This document shows, one piece after another, positions 21,322 through 30,659 of a stretch of 64,000 bases of DNA. The notes under the pieces were generated by a model. That model did no database searches and had not been told where the DNA came from. It worked only from the letters and a program-made list of their open reading frames with translations. Each line of letters opens with the position of its first letter. Within the stretch, counting starts at the first letter, position 1. The DNA is from Bythopirellula sp. (GTDB lineage: Bacteria; Planctomycetota; Planctomycetia; Pirellulales; Lacipirellulaceae). The stretch covers positions 2,304,001 through 2,368,000 of the forward strand of contig OZ244170.1 of the NCBI GenBank assembly GCA_965216565.1. The letters run 5' to 3'. Both the position numbers and the translations under genes were made by a program.

Positions 21322-21412
21322 CGGAGAGTGGGGGAGTCGAACCCATCCGATGGACGGACCCCTAGCACAGTGTATAAGGCTGCTGCATCAACCGAGATGC
21401 GGGCCGCTCTCC
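21322..21412 (-). ncRNA. tRNA-like (degenerate class II, tRNA-Ser-like) sequence, TAT at the anticodon position, no CCA
   Basis: Acceptor GGAGAG/CTCTCC+G; D-like stem GCATC/GATGC; anticodon arm GCAG..CTTATAC..CTGT; variable hairpin TCCG/CGGA; GGG-TTCGACT-CCC T-arm. Confidence 0.6.
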
Positions 21413-21499
21413 AGAGTGGCCCAAATTCAGATGCTAAAATCGCAATGTATTCATGGCGTCCACTAGACTTGAATACTGGAACAGAGGTTCACTGCAAGA

Positions 21500-21769
21500 T
21501 CAGGAGGGTAGCTCTGTGGAGATGTACGAACCTGTGATCCTCGTTATAAAATGCTCTCCCTGGTGTTCGCAGTAATCAACATTCAGCGCAGCAGTCCATG
21601 CCCTGCCTTCATGGGTGCATGTGATTTGAATGTGCACAGGAGATGATTTAGTTGTAGAAGAGATAACTGAGTCAATTCTTTCAGCAAAAATAATGCGGAT
21701 GGCCTCAGGCACATCCGCATCATTGCTAAAAAACTGCTCAATTGTCCTAAGAAGCCATTGAACGTTCAC
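21500..21769 (-). CDS. Hypothetical IS passenger protein (89 aa)
   Basis: Overlaps the stop of the upstream ORF, suggesting translational coupling. Confidence 0.5.
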   Translation of the reverse strand: MNVQWLLRTIEQFFSNDADVPEAIRIIFAERIDSVISSTTKSSPVHIQITCTHEGRAWTAALNVDYCEHQGEHFITRITGSYISTELPS

Positions 21770-22025
21770 TCATAAATTCCTTTAAGGACGTAAATTCCTT
21801 TCGTTCAATGCACTCTTGGATGTCTTGAATCTCGCCAGTGTCTATTTCCATAGACTCAGAGAGAGACTCTAGAACCTTGTAGACACCAACATTGATGTCT
21901 TCTAGGGTCAAGTGACCCGTACCCGAAGACTGCATATATGCTTCCAGCCATGCCGTCAACTGGCGACGGATGGTTGGCTCATACGCGCGTAGGATTCTCT
22001 TGGCATCAAGTGGAATTGTAGACAT
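21747..22025 (-). CDS. Hypothetical IS passenger protein (92 aa, acidic C-terminus)
   Basis: ATG start MSTIPLD; helical composition. Confidence 0.55.
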   Translation of the reverse strand: MSTIPLDAKRILRAYEPTIRRQLTAWLEAYMQSSGTGHLTLEDINVGVYKVLESLSESMEIDTGEIQDIQECIERKEFTSLKEFMSERSMAS

Positions 22026-22312
22026 TTTAATAACCCGTGAGAGATTGCTTACATGCTGTACCGATACTCCATTAACCGCTATCGGCTGCGGCACTCCCCA
22101 ATATTTAGAACGCAACAGACGCTCAAAAGTTCGCTAAACAAAGAAAAGCCCCGCAATGTATAAAGCTTAGGGACCATTGTCAATCCATAGTTGGTCGGCA
22201 CCCTAAGTCTAGAATGGCAAGCGAGTTGTGTCAATAATAGAGTTGGTGGATTGTGACAAATAAGTGATACATCCGACCGAAAGCATTGGCATAACAGGAT
22301 TTATTGCTAGCA

Positions 22313-22936
22313 CTATTCTCCCGCAGGGGTGCCAAGGTTACCACTACATATAGTCCAACCGGACACTTCGGATCGGATAAACCGCCGTGGATTTGCATGA
22401 AGGGATTTCCTGACGCACCGCAGAACCTTCCCCGGATCGTCCTCGGCACGACAGCCCAACGCCTGAATTGCTACTACTAGCTCTGCTGGCTTCATACCCT
22501 TCGACCCCTCTAGCACCTCTGCGATGACATCCGACATCGGCATCACGGCATAGGGAGGGGCGGCAGTGTCGTTGTCGAAAGTGACCCAGAGAATATGCCC
22601 CTTGTCGTCCTTGGCAATCCGCCTCAGTTCCTTGCGGTCGGCGAGGGTATAGACAGCAGCTTTGACGGACCCACGATTCCAGTGGCGTTCTGGCTCAGCA
22701 GCTTGGAGAATCTCAAGCACTTCACGATTCGAGAACGGACGATCACGGGGCATAAACTCACGCACCGCGTCTATGGCCGTCTTGCGAACTCTCAAGCCTG
22801 GTTCTGGCTCGTCGCCTAGTTCGCGTCGCAGTGAGTTGATCTTGTCGCAGGTGTCCCGGTACTCTTTGCGCGCCAGCGTGATTGCTTTATCAAGTTTTTC
22901 CGCTGCCTGTTTCTTTAGTAGTTCGTAGGCGTCCAT
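22313..22936 (-). CDS. Hypothetical IS passenger: coiled coil plus two putative winged-helix domains
   Basis: N-terminal heptads; FSNREVLEIL..GSVKAAVYTLA and MSDVIAEVL..MKPAELV patterns. Confidence 0.65.
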   Translation of the reverse strand: MDAYELLKKQAAEKLDKAITLARKEYRDTCDKINSLRRELGDEPEPGLRVRKTAIDAVREFMPRDRPFSNREVLEILQAAEPERHWNRGSVKAAVYTLADRKELRRIAKDDKGHILWVTFDNDTAAPPYAVMPMSDVIAEVLEGSKGMKPAELVVAIQALGCRAEDDPGKVLRCVRKSLHANPRRFIRSEVSGWTICSGNLGTPAGE

Positions 22937-23010
22937 GCCCAAGATGGTAGAATGATCGGAGGGGCTAGCAAGTGGGTCGATTAAATCCCACACACTAGGT
23001 TACCAGTGCC

Positions 23011-24007
23011 TCCGTTCCCCAGTGGTTCCTGTATAGAGCCAGATGCCTTTGTCGTTGGTCGAGCTGATTGAGCCAGCGTGGGTAAGTTCTGAATAGAATG
23101 CCAACTGATCAATACCATTGATCACCGGGTCGCTCAATTCCGTAAAGTCAGTCGAGGCCACGCCTGGTACCGCACCAGCCCCTTGGCGAGCAATCACATT
23201 TCCACCCAACGGGGAATACTTCCAGATCCCGATGAAGTTGGTCGAATTGATACCACCCCCTTGTACTAAACTTGCTCGGAACGCAATCTGTTGATCGTCG
23301 TTGATGGTTGGGCCAACGAAATTATTGAAGATGCTTGATAGATCGGCAGCGACCGTTGTGTTCTCGCGTGCTAAAAGTGTCCCGCCCAATGCGTCGTAAG
23401 TCCAAATGCCACCATCGTCGTCTGAGGTTACGCCTCCCGTCGTGGCAAGCGAGGCATCGACTGCAATCTGGCCGATATCGGAAACATGTAAACTGTTCGG
23501 TAGGAAGTCAAATACTCCGTTAGTGACGCCAGGAGCGGCAGAATCCCCAGTACGGACGACAAGTGAATCGCTGCCAGAAAATCTCCAGATACCTTCACGG
23601 TTGGAAGCGTCCACCCCGCCACTGCCCGTCTCAAGAGAACCACGCACGAACACATCCCCAGCATTGCTAACAGAAAGGTCTCGAAATAAATCATAACTCG
23701 CACCGGCAACCCCTGGGACGTTTCCCGAACCCTGGCGGGCAAGCAACGAAATACTCCCTTGATCGAAGCTCCAGATACCATTTGCATCGCCAGATACGAC
23801 TCCGCCAACGCCGGTCTGAAGTTGTGCAGGGAAAGCAATGGTGCCACTATTATTGATGACTCCGGCTTCGAACGTATCAAATAACCCGCCCGCTACTCCC
23901 GTGGCCGCGTCGCCCGACACGGCAATTGTTGTTACCGTAGCGTGGATAGGTTCACTAAAATATGTAGATAACAAGAGAACGAGCCAAAGTGATTTAGAAT
24001 AAGACAC
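23011..24007 (-). pseudogene. 5' half of the IS-interrupted PEP-CTERM repeat protein
   Basis: Signal peptide, then repeats (INNSGTIAF, INDDQQIAF, INGIDQLAF, GIW). Ends WLYTGTTGER at the target duplication. Confidence 0.9.
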
Positions 24008-24150
24008 AAACGATCTCGCTTTGGGACAGACAACAAGATGAGTATAAGGTCGATATGTTCGAGGAATACCCAATCTAACGGCCAGCAGGAAGGAATGCAA
24101 AAATTTGCACTCAAATCGTGCGCATCGCTTTTACTGATGGGTAGATTCTC

Positions 24151-25617
24151 CTATAGCAATGGGCCTAACAGCCGGGTGCAATTCTCTGCGAATTTCTGTG
24201 GCAGGGGGCGATTTTCCCACTGCCCCAAGTCCATCAATTCGGACTGGTCGATGTAGCTTTGCTGAAGGTCGCGGAGTTGCGAGGAAAACGGCGAATCATA
24301 CACGGCCAACGATATTTCAAAGTTAAGTCGCAGGCTGCGGGGATCGAGATTAAGCGAACCGAAAATACACATCTCCCCGTCGACACTAATGCTCTTCGTG
24401 TGCAACAGACCTCCGTTGAAGTTGGCGATCCGCACTCCGGCGCGGAGTAGATCCCCCTTAAAAGCCTGGCTCGCATAGCGAACTAGTAGCGAATCAACCT
24501 TAGCAGGGACGACGAGTACGACATTCACACCACGGCGGGCTGCTGTCGTGAGGGCAATTCGAAGTGATTCGCTTGGGACGAAATACGGCGTTGTCAAAAT
24601 CAATTCTTGGCGTGCTGCGTAGACAGCCATAAGCAGTACATTCTCGATTGCTTCCGCCTGCGAGGCAGGACCCGACGGGAGTACCTGTATGGCACAGTCT
24701 CCATGATTATGCTGCTGAATCACGCCACTATTTTGACGCAGTTCATCGAGAGTGCTCTCGGTTTCCACGTACCAATCTGCCAGAAAAGTAGTGGCCAACG
24801 ACTCCACGGCTGGCCCCTGCACACGCACCATGGCGTCAATCCATTGTCCAACCCCGGCGTCCTTCTTAAAGAATCGTGGATCGACCATATTTAAGCTACC
24901 GGTGTAAGCAACTTTGCCGTCGATCAGAACGATCTTACGATGCATTCTCAGATCAAATCTTACGAAAAGTGCCCGCAGAAGCCCGCCAGCCAGTGCAGGC
25001 TGCAGCTGGATACCCTCGGCGATCATCCTGTCAGCCAAATCACTTTTAAGAAATGCTCGACTTCCAATGGCATCGAGCAGTACACGGCAGATAACGCCCC
25101 GGTTGCTAGCCCGAATGAGTGCTTCGACAACCTCGTCAGCTCTGCCGCCCAAATGCCAAATATAGAATTCCAGATGACATATGGATTGCGCCTGCTCGAT
25201 GTCGGCTAACATCTTGTCGAACGCTTCTTCCCAACCGCCAATCAGTTCCAAGTCGTTTCCCGGCTGAGTGGGCAACCCCAAGGTAGAATGCGCAAGACGC
25301 GCCAGAGGTTCGCACTCAACACCTAGAGCCGACCAATTAACGGGCTGGCGCCGTGTGATGTCTTCCAACCAGCGTTCGAAAGGAGGAAATAACTCGATGA
25401 ACCGGCGTACCCGACGTTCGCCCAATCTTAACTCACCGATCATCAGATAGGCCAAGGGCCCGACTAGTGGGAAGATAAAAATCACCAGGATCCAAGAAAG
25501 CGACTCACCGACGCTCCGGCGTCGCATAATAACGCGAAAAGCCAGTGCAACCTGGACCGCCAGCATCGCCAGCAGCGCCAACCACACCTGCCATTGATCG
25601 TTCCAGGACCAGCTCAA
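24151..25617 (-). CDS. cls: Cardiolipin synthase
   Basis: Two N-terminal TM helices; two HKD motifs (HRKIVLID, HTKSISVD) with GSLN. Confidence 0.95.
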   Translation of the reverse strand: MSWSWNDQWQVWLALLAMLAVQVALAFRVIMRRRSVGESLSWILVIFIFPLVGPLAYLMIGELRLGERRVRRFIELFPPFERWLEDITRRQPVNWSALGVECEPLARLAHSTLGLPTQPGNDLELIGGWEEAFDKMLADIEQAQSICHLEFYIWHLGGRADEVVEALIRASNRGVICRVLLDAIGSRAFLKSDLADRMIAEGIQLQPALAGGLLRALFVRFDLRMHRKIVLIDGKVAYTGSLNMVDPRFFKKDAGVGQWIDAMVRVQGPAVESLATTFLADWYVETESTLDELRQNSGVIQQHNHGDCAIQVLPSGPASQAEAIENVLLMAVYAARQELILTTPYFVPSESLRIALTTAARRGVNVVLVVPAKVDSLLVRYASQAFKGDLLRAGVRIANFNGGLLHTKSISVDGEMCIFGSLNLDPRSLRLNFEISLAVYDSPFSSQLRDLQQSYIDQSELMDLGQWENRPLPQKFAENCTRLLGPLL

Positions 25618-25669
25618 CGTCTACTCGTTCATGTGCAACTAGTTTATTGGAATGGTCTCTCGACCCACT

Positions 25670-26401
25670 CTAACTCAGTTCAAAATCAGCAACCAACGGG
25701 AGGTGATCGGATGCCTGCCTAGCCATCTGTGTTCGTTTGGCAAATGCTCTTCGGAGCCTCAATGACCCTCGATAAAAAATCCGATCTAGTGATCTCACCG
25801 GAAGCAATGCCGGAAACGTGCGGATGGCTTTTCCCGCAGATGCATACCCTTGAGGAAACATGACTCGACGGCCCAGACTTCCGTAGAAATCATTGTAGTC
25901 CCCACCCACAATTATCGGAATCTTGCTCGATGCTCGCGACAATGGATGCTTGGAGAGTAGCCGTTTGAGTTGCATCTTTCGCTCAATCCCTGCCAATCCT
26001 AAATGAAGATTTACTACTACTAACGATCGAAAGTGATGCCCGACATCGATTCGACAACGTGCCACAATCGCTCGTCGACGCTTTTTGGGACGCACGGTGA
26101 GATCGATATTCTCAACCGAATTGAGTGGGAACCCGCTCAAGATGGCATTTCCATAATGACCTTGTTTCAATCGAACGTTTTTTTGATACGCGTGATGGGG
26201 CATTCCCAACGCCTCGGCTAGTAGTTCAACCTGACAATCGCGGTGAGAGCGTGGTACCCCATCGTCGACTTCCTGGAGAAGTGCGATATCAGGCCGCAGA
26301 TCGCCTAACACCGATCGAATACGCTCGATCCGATAGAGTCGATCTGTGCCGCCAATACCCTTGTGGATGTTATAAGAAACAACGCGGAGTTTTGTGGGCA
26401 T
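25670..26401 (-). CDS. Endonuclease/exonuclease/phosphatase (EEP, YbhP-like) protein
   Basis: SYNIHKG, LQEVD, GNAILS, GGDYN, LDRI and SDHLP. Confidence 0.92.
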   Translation of the reverse strand: MPTKLRVVSYNIHKGIGGTDRLYRIERIRSVLGDLRPDIALLQEVDDGVPRSHRDCQVELLAEALGMPHHAYQKNVRLKQGHYGNAILSGFPLNSVENIDLTVRPKKRRRAIVARCRIDVGHHFRSLVVVNLHLGLAGIERKMQLKRLLSKHPLSRASSKIPIIVGGDYNDFYGSLGRRVMFPQGYASAGKAIRTFPALLPVRSLDRIFYRGSLRLRRAFAKRTQMARQASDHLPLVADFELS

Positions 26402-26552
26402 CGGCGAGCATCGCAGTCGGTAGGAATCAGCGTGAGATGTGAATTGCTGATTGTACAGCCTACAATACGAAATCTCAAAGTATCGCGACATCGCGGGACG
26501 CGACATGGCTGCAGAGACTTGAAACGATAGGAGCCACTCAGCAGTATCCGGC

Positions 26553-27398
26553 CTAAGCAGCTTTTCCTAGCGAAGCTTCCGTGTCGCTGGACTTCTGGCG
26601 GTTTTTTTTCTTGCGACTCAGATGATTGGCCCAATCAAGAACCCCAGGTACCAGACGTTTACCCAAGTAGGCCAATCGCGCATAGAGTTGGGGAATCGAC
26701 AAGGCGCGATTCCGATAGATTGAGACAATTGCCTGATCGGCAACACGCTCTGGTGTTGTCAGCGACCACTTGGGAGGAAGCTTCGGTTGCTCCCGATCAT
26801 CGCCAAGTGCTGCTGATTCGAACAAACGAGTATCGACGAAACCGGGGCACAAAGCCGAGACGCCAAGCCCGCTCCGGGCGTACTCGGCTCGCAGTGATTC
26901 GCTAAATCCCACTAGTCCAAATTTACTGGCGGTATACAGTGCCAATCGCCTAGTCCCAATAAGTCCGAGGAAGCTTGCTACATTCACAATGTGAGCTTCA
27001 TCCTGTGACAACATTGTGGGAAGCAATTCGCGAGACAGTTGAATCGGAGCATGCAGGTTGATCTTGAGCAAGCGACTGGCGTCAGCTGCAGACATCTTTG
27101 CTGTCTCGCCGTAGTACGCTATCCCCGCGTTGTTTACCAAGACATCGATGCTAGAGCACCGGGAGCGGGCATCCTCCGCAGTTGTTGTTATCTGAGCTGA
27201 GTTTGCCAAGTCGCAACACTGCGTCAGCACTTGGACGCCTGAGCGAGCGGCCTCAATGGCTACGTTCTCCAAACCCTCTTCGTTAACGTCGATCAGATAG
27301 AGGTGGGCCCCCTCGCCAGCGAGACGCAGAGCAATCGCTCGACCAATCCCAGAAGCGGCACCTGTGACAACTGCAGTTCTGTCTCTGAGAGTTTGCAT
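26553..27398 (-). CDS. Short-chain dehydrogenase/reductase
   Basis: TGAASGIG, NNAG and YTASK. Confidence 0.93.
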   Translation of the reverse strand: MQTLRDRTAVVTGAASGIGRAIALRLAGEGAHLYLIDVNEEGLENVAIEAARSGVQVLTQCCDLANSAQITTTAEDARSRCSSIDVLVNNAGIAYYGETAKMSAADASRLLKINLHAPIQLSRELLPTMLSQDEAHIVNVASFLGLIGTRRLALYTASKFGLVGFSESLRAEYARSGLGVSALCPGFVDTRLFESAALGDDREQPKLPPKWSLTTPERVADQAIVSIYRNRALSIPQLYARLAYLGKRLVPGVLDWANHLSRKKKNRQKSSDTEASLGKAA

Positions 27399-27413
27399 CC
27401 TGCCTCGAACTTG

Positions 27414-28514
27414 TTAGGCCACGCGCTTGGAATCGACGGGAATATCGTGGCCCAGTTTAGCGGCATCGACAGAACGGCTCAAGTTGAAGTGGTCGTGGCC
27501 CCGCAACAGCGCGACACCCCAGTTATCCAAATGGTACTTCCCGCCATTGTAGACCGAACGGTAGTACTTCTTATTGGGATACACCGGCACGTTCGTCGGA
27601 ACGATCCGCATATTGAATGCTAGCCTATGGCGATCGGTCGTGTTCGGAGGCGAGCCATGAATACAGCGTTGGGTAAAGATGACAATTTGCCCTGCTTTCA
27701 CCGGCAGCGTGACCAGGTTGCCAGCATCTCTGTCAAATTCCAAGGTAAACTTCGCATTGTAGAACGCTTCCTCGCCACCGAATCGAACAGTCCGTATCTC
27801 GCGATGACTTCCGCGCACAAATTGCAAGCAGCCGTTTTCAGGCACTGCATCGTCCACAGCAACCCATACCGTCAGCTGGAACATCTCGGACTTGTTTGGT
27901 GGAAAGATGGCAGGATCAAGATAATCTTCTACCATGAAAGTACTCGCCTGATGGCATTCAATGGCTGGCGCATGAGGTGGTTTGAAAAACATTTGCGAAC
28001 GCCAACAAAGCAAGTTGGGCCCCAGGAGTTGAGCCACTCGTTCCGTGATGGCGGGATGCGACATGTAGTTCCATAAACGAGGCATTTCTAAGTGCCGATC
28101 TCGTGGAGAACGGAATCCATAAGTCCGCGACTTAGCATTCTCCTGTGCAAGCATTTCGCCTCTAAAATCGGCCATTTCTCGTGGGTCGAACGCGTCGAAC
28201 GGGCCAATAAATCCGTCCGTGTATAGACTGCGAATCTGGTCTGACTCAAGGCGATACTTTTGATCGACCAACACCTTGGGCTCAAAGGATGTAGGCATCT
28301 TGAATTCACAGGGCTCGTCGATATAGGCCCGCGTAACACCCGATTTAATCAACATCCAAAACATACTGTAGTGCCAATGGGTTACTATCGATCTCAGTGC
28401 GCGCGGCAGAATCGCCTTAGGTAATCGAAGCGCCTTGTAGGCCATCAATACCAAGAGCGAAGGAACAATAATAAGACGTTGCCAAACAGGGCGTATTTTT
28501 GGATGGAGATTCAT
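27414..28514 (-). CDS. Non-heme Fe(II)/2-oxoglutarate enzyme of the SyrB2/BarB halogenase type
   Basis: GFIGPFDA, DRHL, LGPNLLCWR, HQA (Ala in place of Asp/Glu), NGCLQF, KAGQ and distal H in IHGS; recalled to closely resemble SyrB2. Confidence 0.85.
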   Translation of the reverse strand: MNLHPKIRPVWQRLIIVPSLLVLMAYKALRLPKAILPRALRSIVTHWHYSMFWMLIKSGVTRAYIDEPCEFKMPTSFEPKVLVDQKYRLESDQIRSLYTDGFIGPFDAFDPREMADFRGEMLAQENAKSRTYGFRSPRDRHLEMPRLWNYMSHPAITERVAQLLGPNLLCWRSQMFFKPPHAPAIECHQASTFMVEDYLDPAIFPPNKSEMFQLTVWVAVDDAVPENGCLQFVRGSHREIRTVRFGGEEAFYNAKFTLEFDRDAGNLVTLPVKAGQIVIFTQRCIHGSPPNTTDRHRLAFNMRIVPTNVPVYPNKKYYRSVYNGGKYHLDNWGVALLRGHDHFNLSRSVDAAKLGHDIPVDSKRVA

Positions 28515-28890
28515 GGATCAATTCAACTCAGCTAGGAACATATTCGGAGAATAGTGGTCTTCTCAGGTAGCAGTTAGGTAAACTTGGCTGTCATTTCAGG
28601 GTGCGTAGCCTGAAACAATTATCGGAAGACTGCAGGCGACCAGATAAATGAAATTACGGTAAATGGACTGCGCTGCGACCACTGCAGGCATCGTGGACTC
28701 AGGCATGCTGAATCTCTCCACCCACTGCTCGTCCTGTGCAATTGATGCAGTTGCGATCCGCTGACAGACGCCTGTCATTAGCATGAATGCCCCCAGAGGC
28801 AGAATCGCCAGAGAAATCGGCAGAAGTTTTTTGGGTTTGCTAGCACTTTCGTTTAGAATGGGCGAGAGCCAAGTTCTTTCGGGGAGTTAC

Positions 28891-30354
28891 ATGACTGCTG
28901 GATTGCCCAACTCTGAGCAAGACAACACCGACGATCTGTCTGCTAGCGATCCTGACTTAGAAGGTGTCGAGAATTTCATTTTCGAAGCCACGGCAGGCGT
29001 CCGCACTGACGCCGCGCACGAAAAGGGAGAAGTTGCTCCCCGTCTGGCGAGGATTGCAAACAGCAATCCACCCGGCAACGATTCGAACGCTAAGGAGTCC
29101 GCCACTTCTTCCCCCGCGTCTGCCAGGCAAGGAAAGCGTGGAGTTACAACAAATTCCTCCATCCAGCCAGCAGTGCCTGAGGCAGCATTGGCTGAGGCAA
29201 CCCTCACCCAATCGAAAGTCATCAACAAGGCAAAACGGCATAGCCGGAAAGCCACGGCTTATGAGAACTCATTAAACCCCGCTAGCCGCTATGCATTGAA
29301 AGAGCGCAAGTCGGGCGCCAAAAAGCGGCGACGCAGCGCGCCTCCTTGGGCAGTGAGTCTGGGGATACATGCTGCCATTCTTTCCGTGTTAAGCCTATTT
29401 ACTCTCGCGACTCTCGAGCCGGATGAATTCCTCGTTTGGTCCAACGCCCCCGTAATGGACGATGTGGAAGAATTTCAAGAATTGGAAATCGAGTCACAGC
29501 TTGATCTGGAGGAACTGGAAACAGAACTCCCAACTGAGTTAGAAGACGCAGGGATGGCAGCGTTGGGAGATGTTTCGGCGGACAGCGTCTTTTCCGAAAT
29601 AAGCCATAGCGGTCCGCTATCTGGTGAATCCATCGGTGAGTGGGGCTCCATGTTTGGCGATCAGGGCTCGGGCTTGGCAGATCTTGGGCTAGGTGAAGGT
29701 AATGCGCTGACAGAGTTTTTCGGTACCAAGAGCAAAGCTCGCAATGTCGTGTTCGTGATCGATAACACAAGCAGCATGGCCTCGGGTGGCCTGGAAACGG
29801 TGATTGTAGAGATGATGAAAACCGTCGAATCACTCGATTCTAAGCAGCGGTTTTACGTCTACTTCTTTAGCGATCAGGTTTACCCACTGTTCTATCCTCA
29901 ACCAGTGAGCACGCTGATTCGCCCCACCGCCGCGAACAAGAAAAGCTTGAGACGCTGGCTAGATACGGTTGAGTTCTGCACTGGCGGTGTCTGGCAGTTG
30001 ACGCAAGCTCTCGAGGCAGCCTATAAGTTGGATCCGGACGTAGTTTACTTGCTAACCGACGGTAGGCACTGGGGGGCAGTGCGTGCTGATTACAAAGTTG
30101 AAGCCGTCAAGAACCTGCGATCCACCGCGAACCCGCAGGGAATTCCAGTACACACTCTGGGGATGGGCTGCCAAACGGACTTCGATCGCGAGAATCTCGC
30201 CCAGGTGGCCGAGGCCAATAGCGGAACATTTCGAGAAGTCGCCGTGAGCCCCGCGATGGTTCGTGTGGCGGAGACGATGAACCGTCCGAAGCACGACTAC
30301 AACACAGGACCGGGACCGGTCTGGGGAACGTTGGTACCGAAGCGGCGCAATTGA
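28891..30354 (+). CDS. Membrane-anchored vWA domain protein
   Basis: Disordered N-terminus, TM (WAVSLGIHAAIL), acidic linker, VFVIDNTSSM and LLTDG. Confidence 0.8.
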   Translation: MTAGLPNSEQDNTDDLSASDPDLEGVENFIFEATAGVRTDAAHEKGEVAPRLARIANSNPPGNDSNAKESATSSPASARQGKRGVTTNSSIQPAVPEAALAEATLTQSKVINKAKRHSRKATAYENSLNPASRYALKERKSGAKKRRRSAPPWAVSLGIHAAILSVLSLFTLATLEPDEFLVWSNAPVMDDVEEFQELEIESQLDLEELETELPTELEDAGMAALGDVSADSVFSEISHSGPLSGESIGEWGSMFGDQGSGLADLGLGEGNALTEFFGTKSKARNVVFVIDNTSSMASGGLETVIVEMMKTVESLDSKQRFYVYFFSDQVYPLFYPQPVSTLIRPTAANKKSLRRWLDTVEFCTGGVWQLTQALEAAYKLDPDVVYLLTDGRHWGAVRADYKVEAVKNLRSTANPQGIPVHTLGMGCQTDFDRENLAQVAEANSGTFREVAVSPAMVRVAETMNRPKHDYNTGPGPVWGTLVPKRRN

Positions 30355-30423
30355 GGCGCCTTTGATGTCTTGCCTTCGCTAGATCTGCGAAGAGCCCACT
30401 GCTGTTCGAATTCTGGGGCTAAC

Positions 30424-30648
30424 AAAAAAAGCGGGCCTCGAACGAGCCAAATACGTTTGACTTAATAAAACGGTCAGGGGCAATTGAACCGCTTCATCAC
30501 AGATCGTTCGGGGCCCGCAGGCCAGTAAGTTTGGTTAGTTTGTTGGTAGAGCCGACTATCTCGAAACTCCCATTGTCGAGAGTCTCGAGACAATCGCCCA
30601 ACAAACTAATGAGGCCCACGATCGAGGATCCACGTCCGCCAGCCTCAT
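30424..30648 (-). ncRNA. Candidate structured small RNA (~225 nt, three stem-loops, U-tract)
   Basis: Stems ATGAGGCT/GGCCTCAT; TTAGTTTGTTGG/CCAACAAACTAA enclosing a 19-bp helix with 4 G-U pairs; GCGGGCCCCGAACGA/TCGTTCGAGGCCCGC followed by T7. Confidence 0.65.
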
Positions 30649-30659
30649 CTGTATATAAG

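Larger units (their letters stand above)
19112..23010. mobile_element. IS1-family cargo-carrying insertion element (3899 bp)
   Basis: Left end GGCACTGGTAACCTTCCGTGTGGGATTT and right end (reverse complement) GGCACTGGTAACCTAGTGTGTGGGATTT match at 25/28. Direct repeat TCCGTTCC at 19104-19111 and 23011-23018. Internal DDE transposase. Confidence 0.95.

Noticed and set aside
21322..21412. Calling a canonical functional tRNA-Ile(TAT) or tRNA-Ser
   Set aside because: Mismatches in the acceptor, anticodon and T stems, a non-standard D arm and no CCA; reported only as tRNA-like.
19104..23018. Alternative reading as a prophage remnant or tRNA-targeted integrative island
   Set aside because: No integrase or phage genes; boundaries are TIRs plus an 8-bp TSD within a CDS, and the tRNA-like sequence is internal.
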